A DNA stretch of 64,000 nt from Candidatus Cloacimonadales bacterium (GTDB taxonomy: Bacteria; Cloacimonadota; Cloacimonadia; Cloacimonadales; JAIOQZ01), in NCBI GenBank assembly GCA_963665815.1, contig OY762463.1, positions 1,760,001 to 1,824,000 of the forward strand, written 5' to 3'. The notes beneath the pieces are model-generated. The model was not told the origin of the DNA. It saw nothing but the letters and a program-made list of their open reading frames with translations, and did no database searches. Shown here piece after piece: positions 10,254-19,950 of this stretch. Within the stretch, counting starts at the first letter, position 1. Every line of letters begins with the position of its first letter. Made by a program: the position numbers and the translations under genes.

Positions 10254-10844
10254 TTATCTAAAAATATGATTAAACAAATCCAATGACCATTCCTTAAGAG
10301 GAAGCTCTTGGTCTTTGAATTTACATTTGGTAATAAATATATCAAATAATCCTTCATAAATAAAGGCATATTGAACGGCAGATAAACTACCGGATATATT
10401 TCCATTATCAATTGCCTGAGTAAAATATTCTGCAATCAGATTCTCATCATACCATTGCCAGATATGCCTTTCCTCTTCACTATTCTCAAGAAAATGCAGA
10501 TCAATGATATAAAGATTCATTAACTCCTTGATTTTTTCATTCTCAGTAACCAGCTCTACAAAACGAGTATAAATCATTTTAAGCTTCGAGAAAGAATCAG
10601 TATGCTGATCAATAATCTTAAAAAACTCAACTTTGAAAGTTTCGATCACTTCTGCCATCATCTCGAAATACAAAACCCGTTTGTTCTCGAAATGCCAGTA
10701 TAAAGCTCCCTTCGTGAGACCAGTAGCCTTGCAGATCTCTGATAGTGATGTACCTTCATATCCTTTCCTCGAAAATAACTTCAATGAAGCTTCCAGAATA
10801 ATCTTTCTGGTAATTTCACCTTCGCTTAATGTTTCATCCATCAA
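10254..10844 (-). CDS. TetR/AcrR family transcriptional regulator
   Basis: HTH motif KGYEGTSLSEICKATGLTKGALYWHFENK. Confidence 0.95.
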   Translation of the reverse strand: MMDETLSEGEITRKIILEASLKLFSRKGYEGTSLSEICKATGLTKGALYWHFENKRVLYFEMMAEVIETFKVEFFKIIDQHTDSFSKLKMIYTRFVELVTENEKIKELMNLYIIDLHFLENSEEERHIWQWYDENLIAEYFTQAIDNGNISGSLSAVQYAFIYEGLFDIFITKCKFKDQELPLKEWSLDLFNHIFR

Positions 10845-10893
10845 ACCTCCACAGCATTAAAAAAAATTTCCAAATTAAAACTTTTCAGCTTTA

Positions 10894-10910
10894 ACATACC
10901 AATCGGTACT
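10894..10910. promoter_or_regulatory. Putative TetR operator
   Basis: Inverted repeat TACC-AATC-GGTA about 50 bp upstream of the tetR start. Confidence 0.45.
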
Positions 10911-11208
10911 GCCCTGAGCAGCAGTCAAGAACTTTTTGTATATTTTTAACCCTCAGCATTTACGAACAATTTTGTTCATTGTTCAGCTGCTTAATTTACA
11001 ACAAGATAAAGGTTAACTCTGAGTATTTACTTATATAAAATCAGCAGAAATCGTGATTGCTTTTCCATAAATCTCAAAATTTCTTAAAAATAATATTGAC
11101 GAAGGAAATAAAAAAAATCACACAATGATAATCGGAAGACTATGTATATAACTTATGATTTTTACTTTTATACAGAGCTCTCTATAATTTTAACATAATG
11201 GAGGATAT

Positions 11209-12222
11209 ATGGCTTTTTTTGATGGAATTATCAGACAATTGAGATCTGTAATCGAATGGGAATACCCAAGCAGCAATGATCTCTTCTTTCAGTGGTCAAG
11301 CGACGGAGACGAAATAAAGAATGCATCCAAATTAATTATCGGTCCCGGACAGGGCTGTATTTTTGTGTATCAGGGTAAAGTGATTTCAATGCTGGAAAGT
11401 GAAATGATGGTTGATCTGAAAACAGACAACATTCCTTTCTGGACAACTATCTCAAAAGTTATGCAGGCTTTTGAGTCTGAACATAAAGTCGGACTCTACT
11501 TCTATCGCAAAACCAGAATACTGGATCAGAAATGGGGTACTACCAGCAGTATCAAATACAATGATCCTGTCTATAACTTCCCTGTAGGGCTCAGAGCATA
11601 CGGAAACTTCAGTTTTAAAATAACTGACCCGGAAATGTTCTTCAAAACTGTCGTCGGTTCAGGTTACAACTTCACTGTTAAACACTTCAGAGATGTTGTG
11701 AACAGCAGAATTACAGAACCGCTTTCAGATTACCTTGCAGATATGAAATACTCCTATGCCGACATTGATTCAAAAAGAACTGAAATGTCTACATACTTCA
11801 TGTCAAGTCTCAAAAATGAGTTCAATAAACTTGGATTTGACCTCACTGACTTCCGTATTGAAGGGACATCATTCGATCAGGAAACACAGAAGCGAATCAA
11901 CAGAATTTCCGATCTGACTGCCGAAGCACATGCAGCAAAAGCAGCAGGAATGAACTACGCACAGGTTCAACAGCTTGATGCTCTTAAAGCCGCAGCCAAA
12001 AACGAAGGCGGTGGTGCCGGGATGCTTATGGGTGTAGGAGCAGGAGTTAATCTTGGTGGAAATATGGTAGCTGAAAATCCTTTCGGAGCAGCTCAGAAAG
12101 CTCCAAAAGCTGACTACGATCCATCTGAACGCCTGATGAAGCTGAAGAAACTGCTTAATAACGAGCTTATCTCTCAACAGGAATATGACAATAAAAAGAA
12201 ACAGATTTTAGAGGAGCTTTAA
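11209..12222 (+). CDS. SPFH/Band-7 domain protein (YdjI-like) with C-terminal SHOCT domain
   Basis: VIEW, EIKNASKLIIGPGQGCIFV, DQKWGT..IKYNDP..VGLRAYG and AAKNEGGGAG motifs. SHOCT motif ERLMKLKKLLNNELISQQEYDNKKKQIL. Confidence 0.88.
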   Translation: MAFFDGIIRQLRSVIEWEYPSSNDLFFQWSSDGDEIKNASKLIIGPGQGCIFVYQGKVISMLESEMMVDLKTDNIPFWTTISKVMQAFESEHKVGLYFYRKTRILDQKWGTTSSIKYNDPVYNFPVGLRAYGNFSFKITDPEMFFKTVVGSGYNFTVKHFRDVVNSRITEPLSDYLADMKYSYADIDSKRTEMSTYFMSSLKNEFNKLGFDLTDFRIEGTSFDQETQKRINRISDLTAEAHAAKAAGMNYAQVQQLDALKAAAKNEGGGAGMLMGVGAGVNLGGNMVAENPFGAAQKAPKADYDPSERLMKLKKLLNNELISQQEYDNKKKQILEEL

Positions 12223-12884
12223 TGCCAACCAGACTCTGTTCATCCTGTTCTGCTCCTTTGCCGTCTAACTCTAATCTCTGTGAATACTGCGGATGCTATA
12301 CTCCGTTAGATCTTATAAGTCAAAATCTGGAAATCCTTCCGGATCAGGAAGAGACACGGTATTGTCCTCACTGCGAAGTACCTATGGAATCCATATCTGT
12401 TCTGGAAGACGAACCGATTGTAATTGAACGTTGTCCTCAGTGTTACGGTTTCTGGTTTGATAAGTTCGAACTGAATCTGCTATTGAACAGACTTGTTAAA
12501 GATCCGACAATAAACGTAAAAAACATTGATATCGGTAACATGGAAGAAATCGATTTTACCAAAAAAGTTCAATACATCTCGTGCCCGGTCTGCAGTTCTA
12601 AAATGCAGAGACGTAATTACGGATACAAGTCCGGTGTTGTCTTTGATCTGTGTAATGAGCATGGAATCTATCTTGATTGTGGAGAGCTGCACCATTTGCT
12701 TCTATGGAAGAAAAACGGTGGTGAAGAACTACAGAGACTTCATGAACAGAAAATGGAAAAAATCAGAAGAAATCCGATTCCTGTTCCTGTTTCCAGATCA
12801 AGAGCTCATTACCATGGCAGATATAACGGGTATGAAGGTTTGGGATTAATCGGGACCATCCTCAGAATGCTAATTTTCCATTAA
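12222..12884 (+). CDS. Zinc-ribbon protein 1 (N-terminal ribbon plus two zf-TFIIB-like domains)
   Basis: CSSC/CEYC; CPHC..CPQCYGFWFD; CPVC..CNEHGIYLD.GEL. TAATG coupling to the SPFH gene. Confidence 0.85.
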   Translation: MPTRLCSSCSAPLPSNSNLCEYCGCYTPLDLISQNLEILPDQEETRYCPHCEVPMESISVLEDEPIVIERCPQCYGFWFDKFELNLLLNRLVKDPTINVKNIDIGNMEEIDFTKKVQYISCPVCSSKMQRRNYGYKSGVVFDLCNEHGIYLDCGELHHLLLWKKNGGEELQRLHEQKMEKIRRNPIPVPVSRSRAHYHGRYNGYEGLGLIGTILRMLIFH

Positions 12885-12886
12885 TC

Positions 12887-13456
12887 ATGATTGCAAGTAA
12901 AAGACTTTGCCCGGAATGTTCGACAGAAATGCAGACAATAACTGCATTACAGACTGTTACTGTAGGATTAGAAAAGAAAATCGAGATTGAGAAATGTCCG
13001 AATTGCGAAGGACTGTTCTTTGATAATCAGGAGCTACAGGATTTAGTAAGTTGCTTAAAGGAATATCCTGTTGATTCTGCCATAAGGTTCGATACGGAAA
13101 CTGCAAATGGCAGTATTTGGGATCGAGAACAATATAAATGCCCCATCTGCGGAGAAAAGATGCAGAAGGCTTATTATGAAGTGAAAAGCAGTGTTGCTTT
13201 TGACTATTGCCTTGGGCATGGTGTTTACCTTAATAAAGGGGAACTGACAGCAATCATCAGGTGGAAGAAAGAAAATATGGAACCAGATGATCCCGAAATC
13301 CTTGCAACATATCAGAAGAAACTTGATAAAATAAGTAAGAGAGTAAACTCTTCTGAAAAGCGATACGTTTCACCTTACGTGAAGTATTCTAAAGTTGTAG
13401 ACTATGTTTTAAGAAAACTTGCAGGATCTGTTTTTTATGGATTTATCAATTGGTAA
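12887..13456 (+). CDS. Zinc-ribbon protein 2 (two zf-TFIIB-like domains)
   Basis: CPEC..CPNCEGLFFD; CPIC..CLGHGVYLNKGEL. Confidence 0.85.
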   Translation: MIASKRLCPECSTEMQTITALQTVTVGLEKKIEIEKCPNCEGLFFDNQELQDLVSCLKEYPVDSAIRFDTETANGSIWDREQYKCPICGEKMQKAYYEVKSSVAFDYCLGHGVYLNKGELTAIIRWKKENMEPDDPEILATYQKKLDKISKRVNSSEKRYVSPYVKYSKVVDYVLRKLAGSVFYGFINW

Positions 13457-13463
13457 ATAATTT

Positions 13464-14039
13464 ATGAAGCATGACACTAAAAAAGATGCAACCAAGACCT
13501 TGAGACTCTGCCCGGAATGTTCGACAGAAATGCAGACAATAAATGCTTTGCAGACAACTATTTCCGATTTCAAAGAAAAGATAGAAATCGAAAAATGTCC
13601 GAATTGCGAAGGACTGTTCTTTGATAATCAGGAGCTGCAGAACTTAGTAAGAATACTGAAGGAATATCCAGTTGAGACTGTATTGAAAATTGATTCAGCG
13701 AAAGATAATGTGAAGAGCATTACTTCAACAGATTATACATGCCCCATCTGCGGAGAAAAGATGCAGAAGGCAAACTTCGAGTCAACCAGTGGAGTTACAT
13801 TCGATTATTGCCTCGGGCATGGTGTTTATCTTAATAAAGGTGAATTAACTGAAATCCTTAGATGGAAGAAGAATCAGAGGAAAAACAATAGTAATAAAAC
13901 TACAGAAAAATACAATGATCTAATTATGAAATCCAGGGAAAAGCAAGCAAAGACAAGGTATTTTCGGAAGTTTGATTTCGACTCTAATGATAGAATTATT
14001 GATTTTTTTGAGTTCATTTTTGATTGGTTTATATTATAA
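13464..14039 (+). CDS. Zinc-ribbon protein 3 (two zf-TFIIB-like domains), recent paralogue of protein 2
   Basis: Same motifs as protein 2 with near-identical DNA blocks. Confidence 0.85.
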   Translation: MKHDTKKDATKTLRLCPECSTEMQTINALQTTISDFKEKIEIEKCPNCEGLFFDNQELQNLVRILKEYPVETVLKIDSAKDNVKSITSTDYTCPICGEKMQKANFESTSGVTFDYCLGHGVYLNKGELTEILRWKKNQRKNNSNKTTEKYNDLIMKSREKQAKTRYFRKFDFDSNDRIIDFFEFIFDWFIL

Positions 14040-14755
14040 TGAAAACAGATGAAACAAAACAATGCCCGGTCTGCTCCGCTCCTTACGAATTTGGTATGGA
14101 AGAATGTGAATACTGCGGACATAGCTTTGATATAGAGAATCTGGAAGAAGAATTCTATGTTCTCGATGAACGTCATGAAAAAAGGTTATGTCCACACTGT
14201 AATATAGAAATGCTTTCCATCAAAGTGTTGAAAAACTACGATATAATCATTGAAAAATGCCCGAGATGTTCAGGAATGTTCTTCGATATGCAGGAAATGG
14301 AAAACCTTTTAAGACTGCTTGTAAAAGAAAAAGACGATGTAATTGAGAGAATAGACAGTTCAGATTTTAAACCTGTTGATTTTAACTCTAATGTCAGATA
14401 CATTAACTGCCCGGTCTGCAAACAACCAATGCAGAGAATCAGCTTTGAACAGGACAGCGGAGTAGTTTATGATTTTTGTCTTGGGCATGGAATCTTTCTC
14501 GATGCAGGAGAGTTGAAACAACTTACTGATTGGAAACGCCATGAAGGACAAAAGTATTTCAAGAAAGATCAGGAAGACATTAAGAAATATCTTGAGAAAA
14601 AGAATATTGAATATGATGAGAATTTCAGGATTAAGCCTCAGAGAGTAAACATGATGAAAGATTATCTTACAAGAGGCTCTGACTTTCCCAAATATGCTGC
14701 TGCTATCTATGTTGCAGTGACTATTTTCAGGCTTATTCAGATTGCGACAGGTTAG
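14039..14755 (+). CDS. Zinc-ribbon protein 4 (N-terminal ribbon plus two zf-TFIIB-like domains, hydrophobic C-tail)
   Basis: CPVC/CEYC; CPHC..CPRCSGMFFD; CPVC..CLGHGIFLD. Start placed at ATG 14039 (TAATG overlap). Confidence 0.85.
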   Translation: MKTDETKQCPVCSAPYEFGMEECEYCGHSFDIENLEEEFYVLDERHEKRLCPHCNIEMLSIKVLKNYDIIIEKCPRCSGMFFDMQEMENLLRLLVKEKDDVIERIDSSDFKPVDFNSNVRYINCPVCKQPMQRISFEQDSGVVYDFCLGHGIFLDAGELKQLTDWKRHEGQKYFKKDQEDIKKYLEKKNIEYDENFRIKPQRVNMMKDYLTRGSDFPKYAAAIYVAVTIFRLIQIATG

Positions 14756-14767
14756 AGGAGAACAATA

Positions 14768-15433
14768 ATGAAAAGAAAATGCAGTGTATGCTCGGCACCA
14801 ATGCCCGAGAACTCAAATTATTGTGAATACTGCAACACATTTAATGAATCAGATGCCAAAGACGATATACTCTTTCTGGAAAACGATAATAGCAATACGA
14901 GACTATGTCCTCATTGCGAAGTCCCCATGAGCTCTTTTCAGGCCTTGAAGGATGAAAACGTTATCATAGATATGTGTCCTGAATGCTACGGCATGTTTTT
15001 TGACAGAGGTGAACTGAGATATCTTGTTAATTTGCTTACTGATAATAAAGAGATAAACGTAAATAAAATAGATATTGGTGATTTAAAGGATATTGATCAT
15101 GTAAGATCAACTGATTATGTAAAGTGTCCTGTCTGCGGAGATACAATGCACAGAATCAACTATGAGGATTCAAGCGGTATAATATTTGATTATTGCAAAA
15201 AGCACGGTATCTATCTCGATAGTGGTGAACTTAAACAGATTCTGGCATGGAAGAAAACCAGCAAATTTGATTTCATCAGTGATAATAAGAGAAAAATCGT
15301 ACAATACACAAACGTGACAAAAGAATTTGAATTTGATGAGGATGAAGATGGCTTTAAACTTAAGCCATTTGATCCCAGTATTGTAGGAGGATCAATTGCT
15401 GCAATATTGTTCTTACTCGGATTCTTCCTGTAA
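14768..15433 (+). CDS. Zinc-ribbon protein 5 (N-terminal ribbon plus two zf-TFIIB-like domains, C-terminal TM-like tail)
   Basis: CSVC/CEYC; CPHC..CPECYGMFFD; CPVC..CKKHGIYLD; tail SIAAILFLLGFFL. Confidence 0.85.
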   Translation: MKRKCSVCSAPMPENSNYCEYCNTFNESDAKDDILFLENDNSNTRLCPHCEVPMSSFQALKDENVIIDMCPECYGMFFDRGELRYLVNLLTDNKEINVNKIDIGDLKDIDHVRSTDYVKCPVCGDTMHRINYEDSSGIIFDYCKKHGIYLDSGELKQILAWKKTSKFDFISDNKRKIVQYTNVTKEFEFDEDEDGFKLKPFDPSIVGGSIAAILFLLGFFL

Positions 15434-15444
15434 AAGGTGACTTT

Positions 15445-16041
15445 ATGAAAGTAAAAAGATGTATAACCTGCTCTGCCCCGTTACCGTCGAATTCTTCGGT
15501 ATGCGAATATTGCGGTAACAACAATCCTCTGGATATCACCGATCAGAATATGAGCATTATCGATAATTGCGACAAGATAAGATCCTGCCCACACTGCAAA
15601 ACTGCTATGGAGACTGTCAGGCTGGACGAGTGCAGCGGACTTGAGATAGAACGATGCCCGAAGTGCTTCGGGTTCTTCTTCGATTTAAATGAGCTGGAGG
15701 AACTGCTGGACTATCTCGTTAGAGAAACTGTTGAAGATAAAGAGAGCATTGACAAAATCAACGAGTATACAAGTAATTTTTCCACAGATGTTACATACAA
15801 AAGATGCCCTGTATGCCATGCAAGAATGCGACGTCTGAATTTTGGTTATAAGAGCGGAATAATATATGACTTTTGTGATGATCATGGAATCTTTCTCGAC
15901 AGCGGAGAGCTGGATCACCTTGTAAAATGGTGCAGACATGGTGGTGCAGAACTAAACAGAGTTTATAAGAAAAAACTTAAAGAACGGAAAAGATATGTCT
16001 ATACACGTGGCTTCAGACCGGCAAGATGCTCAGGGATATAA
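15445..16041 (+). CDS. Zinc-ribbon protein 6 (N-terminal ribbon plus two zf-TFIIB-like domains, basic C-tail)
   Basis: CITC/CEYC; CPHC..CPKCFGFFFD; CPVC..CDDHGIFLD. Confidence 0.85.
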   Translation: MKVKRCITCSAPLPSNSSVCEYCGNNNPLDITDQNMSIIDNCDKIRSCPHCKTAMETVRLDECSGLEIERCPKCFGFFFDLNELEELLDYLVRETVEDKESIDKINEYTSNFSTDVTYKRCPVCHARMRRLNFGYKSGIIYDFCDDHGIFLDSGELDHLVKWCRHGGAELNRVYKKKLKERKRYVYTRGFRPARCSGI

Positions 16042-16044
16042 TTT

Positions 16045-16449
16045 ATGAGATATACCAATAATGTGATAGGGATAAATCCACAACAATTACATGGATTCTT
16101 CGTGGGCTGGCCAAACAAACCTGCTCCGGAAAAACACTTGGAGATATTGAAGAACAGCGCTTATATCTGGCTGGCAATAGATGAGGAAAATGACAAGGTT
16201 GTTGGTTTTGTGAATGCTGTCTCCGACAAAACCATGTCGGCTTATATTCCGTTACTGGAGGTACTGCCGGAATATCAGGGACAAGGCATTGGATCAGAGC
16301 TGATGAAGAGAATGCTCAGTACGCTCAAAGATTTGTATATGATTGATCTTGCCTGTGATATAGATAAAATGGACTTCTACGAGAAACTCGGACTTGTAAA
16401 AGGCAACTTGATGATGAAACGGAACTATGACAGACAGAATTGTGAGTGA
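16045..16449 (+). CDS. GNAT family N-acetyltransferase
   Basis: Acetyl-CoA motif LEVLPEYQGQGIGSELM and FYEKLG. Confidence 0.9.
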   Translation: MRYTNNVIGINPQQLHGFFVGWPNKPAPEKHLEILKNSAYIWLAIDEENDKVVGFVNAVSDKTMSAYIPLLEVLPEYQGQGIGSELMKRMLSTLKDLYMIDLACDIDKMDFYEKLGLVKGNLMMKRNYDRQNCE

Positions 16450-17611
16450 GATAGAAAAGTTGAGAAGACTTAACTTACTTTATATCTTAATAGCACTTAT
16501 ACTGAATGTATCATGTGCTTTTACCAAACCTGTTTCTCATCATAATGCATCAAAAGCTGTTGGACTTCAAAAGGAAGCTCGAAAGCTGGCAAATATTGTA
16601 AATCCGGATGATACTTATAGATACTCTAAATCTGATAAAGATTCAACAGCAATTGAGATTCTTGAAGGTGCTAATGCACTCGATCCAAATAATCAAAAAA
16701 TAGCTCTTGATCTTGCTTCCATTTACTACAGAAATAAGATGTATAGAGAAACAGCGATATTAGCAGAAAAGTATTTAAAGAAAGATACAACCGGTGATTT
16801 TTATAGTTTGTGTGTAAGAGGACACTATTTGAGAGATGATAATAGAAATTATAAAAAAGCTGACAGAATAATTGAAAAAGGATATAGGAAATTCCCAGAT
16901 AATCCGAGATTGTGTGTAGCATTTACTCGGCATTTGTTAAGTATGCAGGAAAAATGCGATTTCCTTAAATCTATTCTCAAAAAAAATCAATATCATATTG
17001 AAACAATGGATGAGTTATCATTTAAATTGAAGAATACAAGCAATGTCACTGAGTCAATGTACTATGGTGAGTTAGTTAGATTGTTCGATACAAATCAATC
17101 GAATTCAGATAATGAAAGCGATTTTCTATTTATTAAATATAAGGATTGCTTCAAGTTTGAGAACAACAAATTGAAATTTGACTACAACTTTGTGCAATTA
17201 GATTTTAGCAGGATTCTCCGAGAGATGGATAATGCTAAAAAACAGAAACGGGGAGTAATTATTGGAGTGAACTCAAAAACATCTTCAGTTAGAAAATCTA
17301 CATTTTCAAAAACTCTTGAAGATTATTATCTCAAAGCATCATTTAATGTAAGAGAATTTAGTTTTTCAAATCTAATACTAATAAGGAAAAATTTGATAAA
17401 ACTGTATTTCATGTATGAAAAAAACAAGCAAAATCCGGATAGACTTTTCGCATTCCACAAACAACTCATTGACCAGAACTTGTTCGAAGCATACAATTAC
17501 TGGCTTTTCAGATATGGTGTTGGAGAAAAGGAATTCAACAAATGGTATGCAGACCACCAGAATGACTACGAAAAAGTAGAGGCAATCGTACGAAGCAAAT
17601 TCAGATCATAG
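16427..17611 (+). CDS. Putative TPR-containing lipoprotein
   Basis: Hydrophobic segment ending in NVSC, TPR-like helices (ANALDPNN; YRKFPDNP). True start may be TTG 16460. Confidence 0.6.
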   Translation: MTDRIVSEIEKLRRLNLLYILIALILNVSCAFTKPVSHHNASKAVGLQKEARKLANIVNPDDTYRYSKSDKDSTAIEILEGANALDPNNQKIALDLASIYYRNKMYRETAILAEKYLKKDTTGDFYSLCVRGHYLRDDNRNYKKADRIIEKGYRKFPDNPRLCVAFTRHLLSMQEKCDFLKSILKKNQYHIETMDELSFKLKNTSNVTESMYYGELVRLFDTNQSNSDNESDFLFIKYKDCFKFENNKLKFDYNFVQLDFSRILREMDNAKKQKRGVIIGVNSKTSSVRKSTFSKTLEDYYLKASFNVREFSFSNLILIRKNLIKLYFMYEKNKQNPDRLFAFHKQLIDQNLFEAYNYWLFRYGVGEKEFNKWYADHQNDYEKVEAIVRSKFRS

Positions 17612-17631
17612 AAATTTTATCTACAATTATT

Positions 17632-17666
17632 TAGACTGACAGATTAGAGATAGTCTGTCAGTTTTA
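17632..17666 (+). terminator. Intrinsic terminator hairpin
   Basis: GACTGACAGATTA-GAGA-TAGTCTGTCAGTTTT after the SPFH/zinc-ribbon operon. Confidence 0.65.
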
Positions 17667-17860
17667 GTATTCATACATTTTCATGTGAATTAAATCATAA
17701 CACGCTATCAACATGATATAAACTGAATAAGCATACTACTTTCACAAGCATTTCTATATCTAAACATCATCCAAAAAACAATTTATATATTTATTAATCA
17801 GCTTGACAATTTTACATATTTTCAATAGAAGTTGTAGTTGTATTTTTTAAGGAGATTGAA

Positions 17861-18142
17861 ATGGGTTCAAGAACAAGCTTAATAGGTATGTTAATTAACG
17901 CTGGAATAAAGGCTGAAAAAGAAAGATTAAGGGAATTAAAAAGACAAGAGCGGGAAAACATCAAAAATGAAAAAGAAAGAATTAAACTTCTTAAACAAAT
18001 TGAAAAACAACGACAAATTGATTTAAAAGAACAATTCAAAAATGCACTTGAAGAGGAAAAAAAATCTTACGAGCAAAGGATTGTCTATAGACGTAATTTA
18101 AGAATTAAATTTTTGAATAGGGTTCAGGAGGTAAATTTATGA
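17861..18142 (+). CDS. Small charged coiled-coil protein
   Basis: AAGGAG RBS, K/E/R-rich helix, ATGA overlap with the next gene. Confidence 0.65.
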   Translation: MGSRTSLIGMLINAGIKAEKERLRELKRQERENIKNEKERIKLLKQIEKQRQIDLKEQFKNALEEEKKSYEQRIVYRRNLRIKFLNRVQEVNL

Positions 18143-19581
18143 TTACTAAATTTTTACTTTTTTTGTTCATAGTTCTCTCTATTGTATTTTTTGTTGCTGC
18201 TTCGTACTTTTACTATCAAGTATATTCTAAGAGAAAGAAAAAAAAATCATTACATAAAGAACTTAAAGATATATTTGACGAAATTGGAATGAAAAAGCAG
18301 GAAGTTAAAAAACTTGAGAGCAAAATGGCCAGAATGAATGAGGAATTTTCTCATCTGAAAGAGCTTGAGAAGAATGAGATTGCAATCAGAGATAGCTTGA
18401 AAATTTCAGAAAATAGCTTGATGATTATTAAAGAAGAAATTGCGACCTTTAGTAACAAAAAAAATCTCATATCAAAAGAACTGGAATTTATGAAAAGGGA
18501 TATATCACTTTATAAACCAGTACATAATTTGATTGAACTAGGCTTTACTGATGAACCTGAGTATTTACAAAATACAAGTGAGGTGTATAAGGAACAGTTA
18601 AAAGCCATACGTGAACGACAAAAAGAGTTAATTGCAAATCAGTCTGCAATAATTGTCCCGGAATCAATTGCACTAACCAATAATGGTGCTCATGCGAAAA
18701 AAGTACTGAATGGACAATCCAGACTAATGCTCAAAGCTCTAAATACAGAATGTGACCTGCTTTTATCTAAAGTTAAAACCAGTAACTACCCTCGAATTCT
18801 CGAGCGGATTGATAGGTTAGCAGGTACAATTGAAAAAGCTGCTGCATCGTTGAAATGTGGGTTCAGCAAGGAGTATATTGAACTCAAATATAAGGAATGT
18901 GAGCTTCAATATCATTATAAGCTTAAAGAAGCTCGAGAAAAAGAAGAACAGGCATTAATCAAGGAGCAGATGAAAGAAGAGCAAAAAGCAATTAAAGAAT
19001 TTGAAAGAGCTCTGGCAAAAGCCCAAAAAGAAGAGCAGATGTATAGAAAAGCGCTTGAGGATGTCAAAAATGAATTGACGCTAACCAGTGATAAAGATAG
19101 AAATATCCTTCTTGAAAAAATCAGCGTATTGGAAAAACAACTGCAAGAGGCAGAAGAAAATGAAAAAAGAGCTATAAGCATGGCAGAGCAAACCAAAAGA
19201 GGTCACGTGTATGTGATTAGCAATATAGGATCGTTCGGAGAAAATATCTATAAAATCGGATTGACCAGGCGATTGGAACCCCTTGATAGAGTAAAAGAAC
19301 TTGGAGGAGCCAGTGTTCCATTCTCTTTCGATGTTCATGCAATGATTTACAGTGAAGATGCTCCAGCTCTTGAATCGCAATTACATAGAGAGTTTTCAAA
19401 GTTTAGAGTTAATCAGGTGCAATTGAGAAAGGAATTCTTTGATGTTGATTTAGCTAAAATACGAGAAAAGGTCATTGAAATCACTGGAAATGAACTTGAT
19501 TTTAAAGTGACGGCATTAGCAGAAGACTATTATGAATCACTGGAAATACGTAGAAGTTTAGAGGCTAAAGCCGGATCATAA
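18139..19581 (+). CDS. Membrane-anchored DUF4041 plus T5orf172/GIY-YIG nuclease (PD-Lambda-1/SNIPE-like)
   Basis: N-terminal TM helix, coiled coil, DUF4041 core (LMLKALNTECD..YIELKYKECEL..EKEEQ), C-terminal GHVYVISNIGSFGENIYKIGLTRRLEPLDRVKELGGASVPFSFDVHA..KEFF. Confidence 0.85.
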   Translation: MITKFLLFLFIVLSIVFFVAASYFYYQVYSKRKKKKSLHKELKDIFDEIGMKKQEVKKLESKMARMNEEFSHLKELEKNEIAIRDSLKISENSLMIIKEEIATFSNKKNLISKELEFMKRDISLYKPVHNLIELGFTDEPEYLQNTSEVYKEQLKAIRERQKELIANQSAIIVPESIALTNNGAHAKKVLNGQSRLMLKALNTECDLLLSKVKTSNYPRILERIDRLAGTIEKAAASLKCGFSKEYIELKYKECELQYHYKLKEAREKEEQALIKEQMKEEQKAIKEFERALAKAQKEEQMYRKALEDVKNELTLTSDKDRNILLEKISVLEKQLQEAEENEKRAISMAEQTKRGHVYVISNIGSFGENIYKIGLTRRLEPLDRVKELGGASVPFSFDVHAMIYSEDAPALESQLHREFSKFRVNQVQLRKEFFDVDLAKIREKVIEITGNELDFKVTALAEDYYESLEIRRSLEAKAGS

Positions 19582-19608
19582 CTGTATATACAATGGTAAT
19601 ATTAAAGC

Positions 19609-19650
19609 AAAGACCGATAGAATTGATTAGTATCTCATCTGTCGGTCTTT
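19609..19650 (+). terminator. Intrinsic terminator hairpin
   Basis: AAAGACCGATAGA...TCTGTCGGTCTTT followed by T/A-rich sequence. Confidence 0.6.
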
Positions 19651-19950
19651 TATATATTTAGTGCAACCTTAGAAATAGTATAACTGTAGTTTCAACTTTG
19701 ACAAAATCTTTTTTCTCAAATCCTTCTTTTTTTATTTACGTACCCACATTGAGTGCTACTAATAACCGATCTATCCAGTTTATTTTTTTTAATATCAGAA
19801 TTTTGCCTTATCCGGCAGATGTTTTTTGTTATTCTCTAAAGAACTACAGAATTTTCTTTACATCAATTGTACTCTTCTTTAGTTTTTTATCAGAACGTAA
19901 ATAAAAAATACAGAGTTGAATGCAGCTCTAAAAATAGAAAGGGGAATTGA

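Noticed and set aside
12222-16041. Zinc-ribbon array as integron cassettes or diversity-generating retroelement targets
   Set aside because: The genes are translationally coupled with no room for attC sites. No integrase, reverse transcriptase or template/variable repeat pair with adenine-specific differences was seen.
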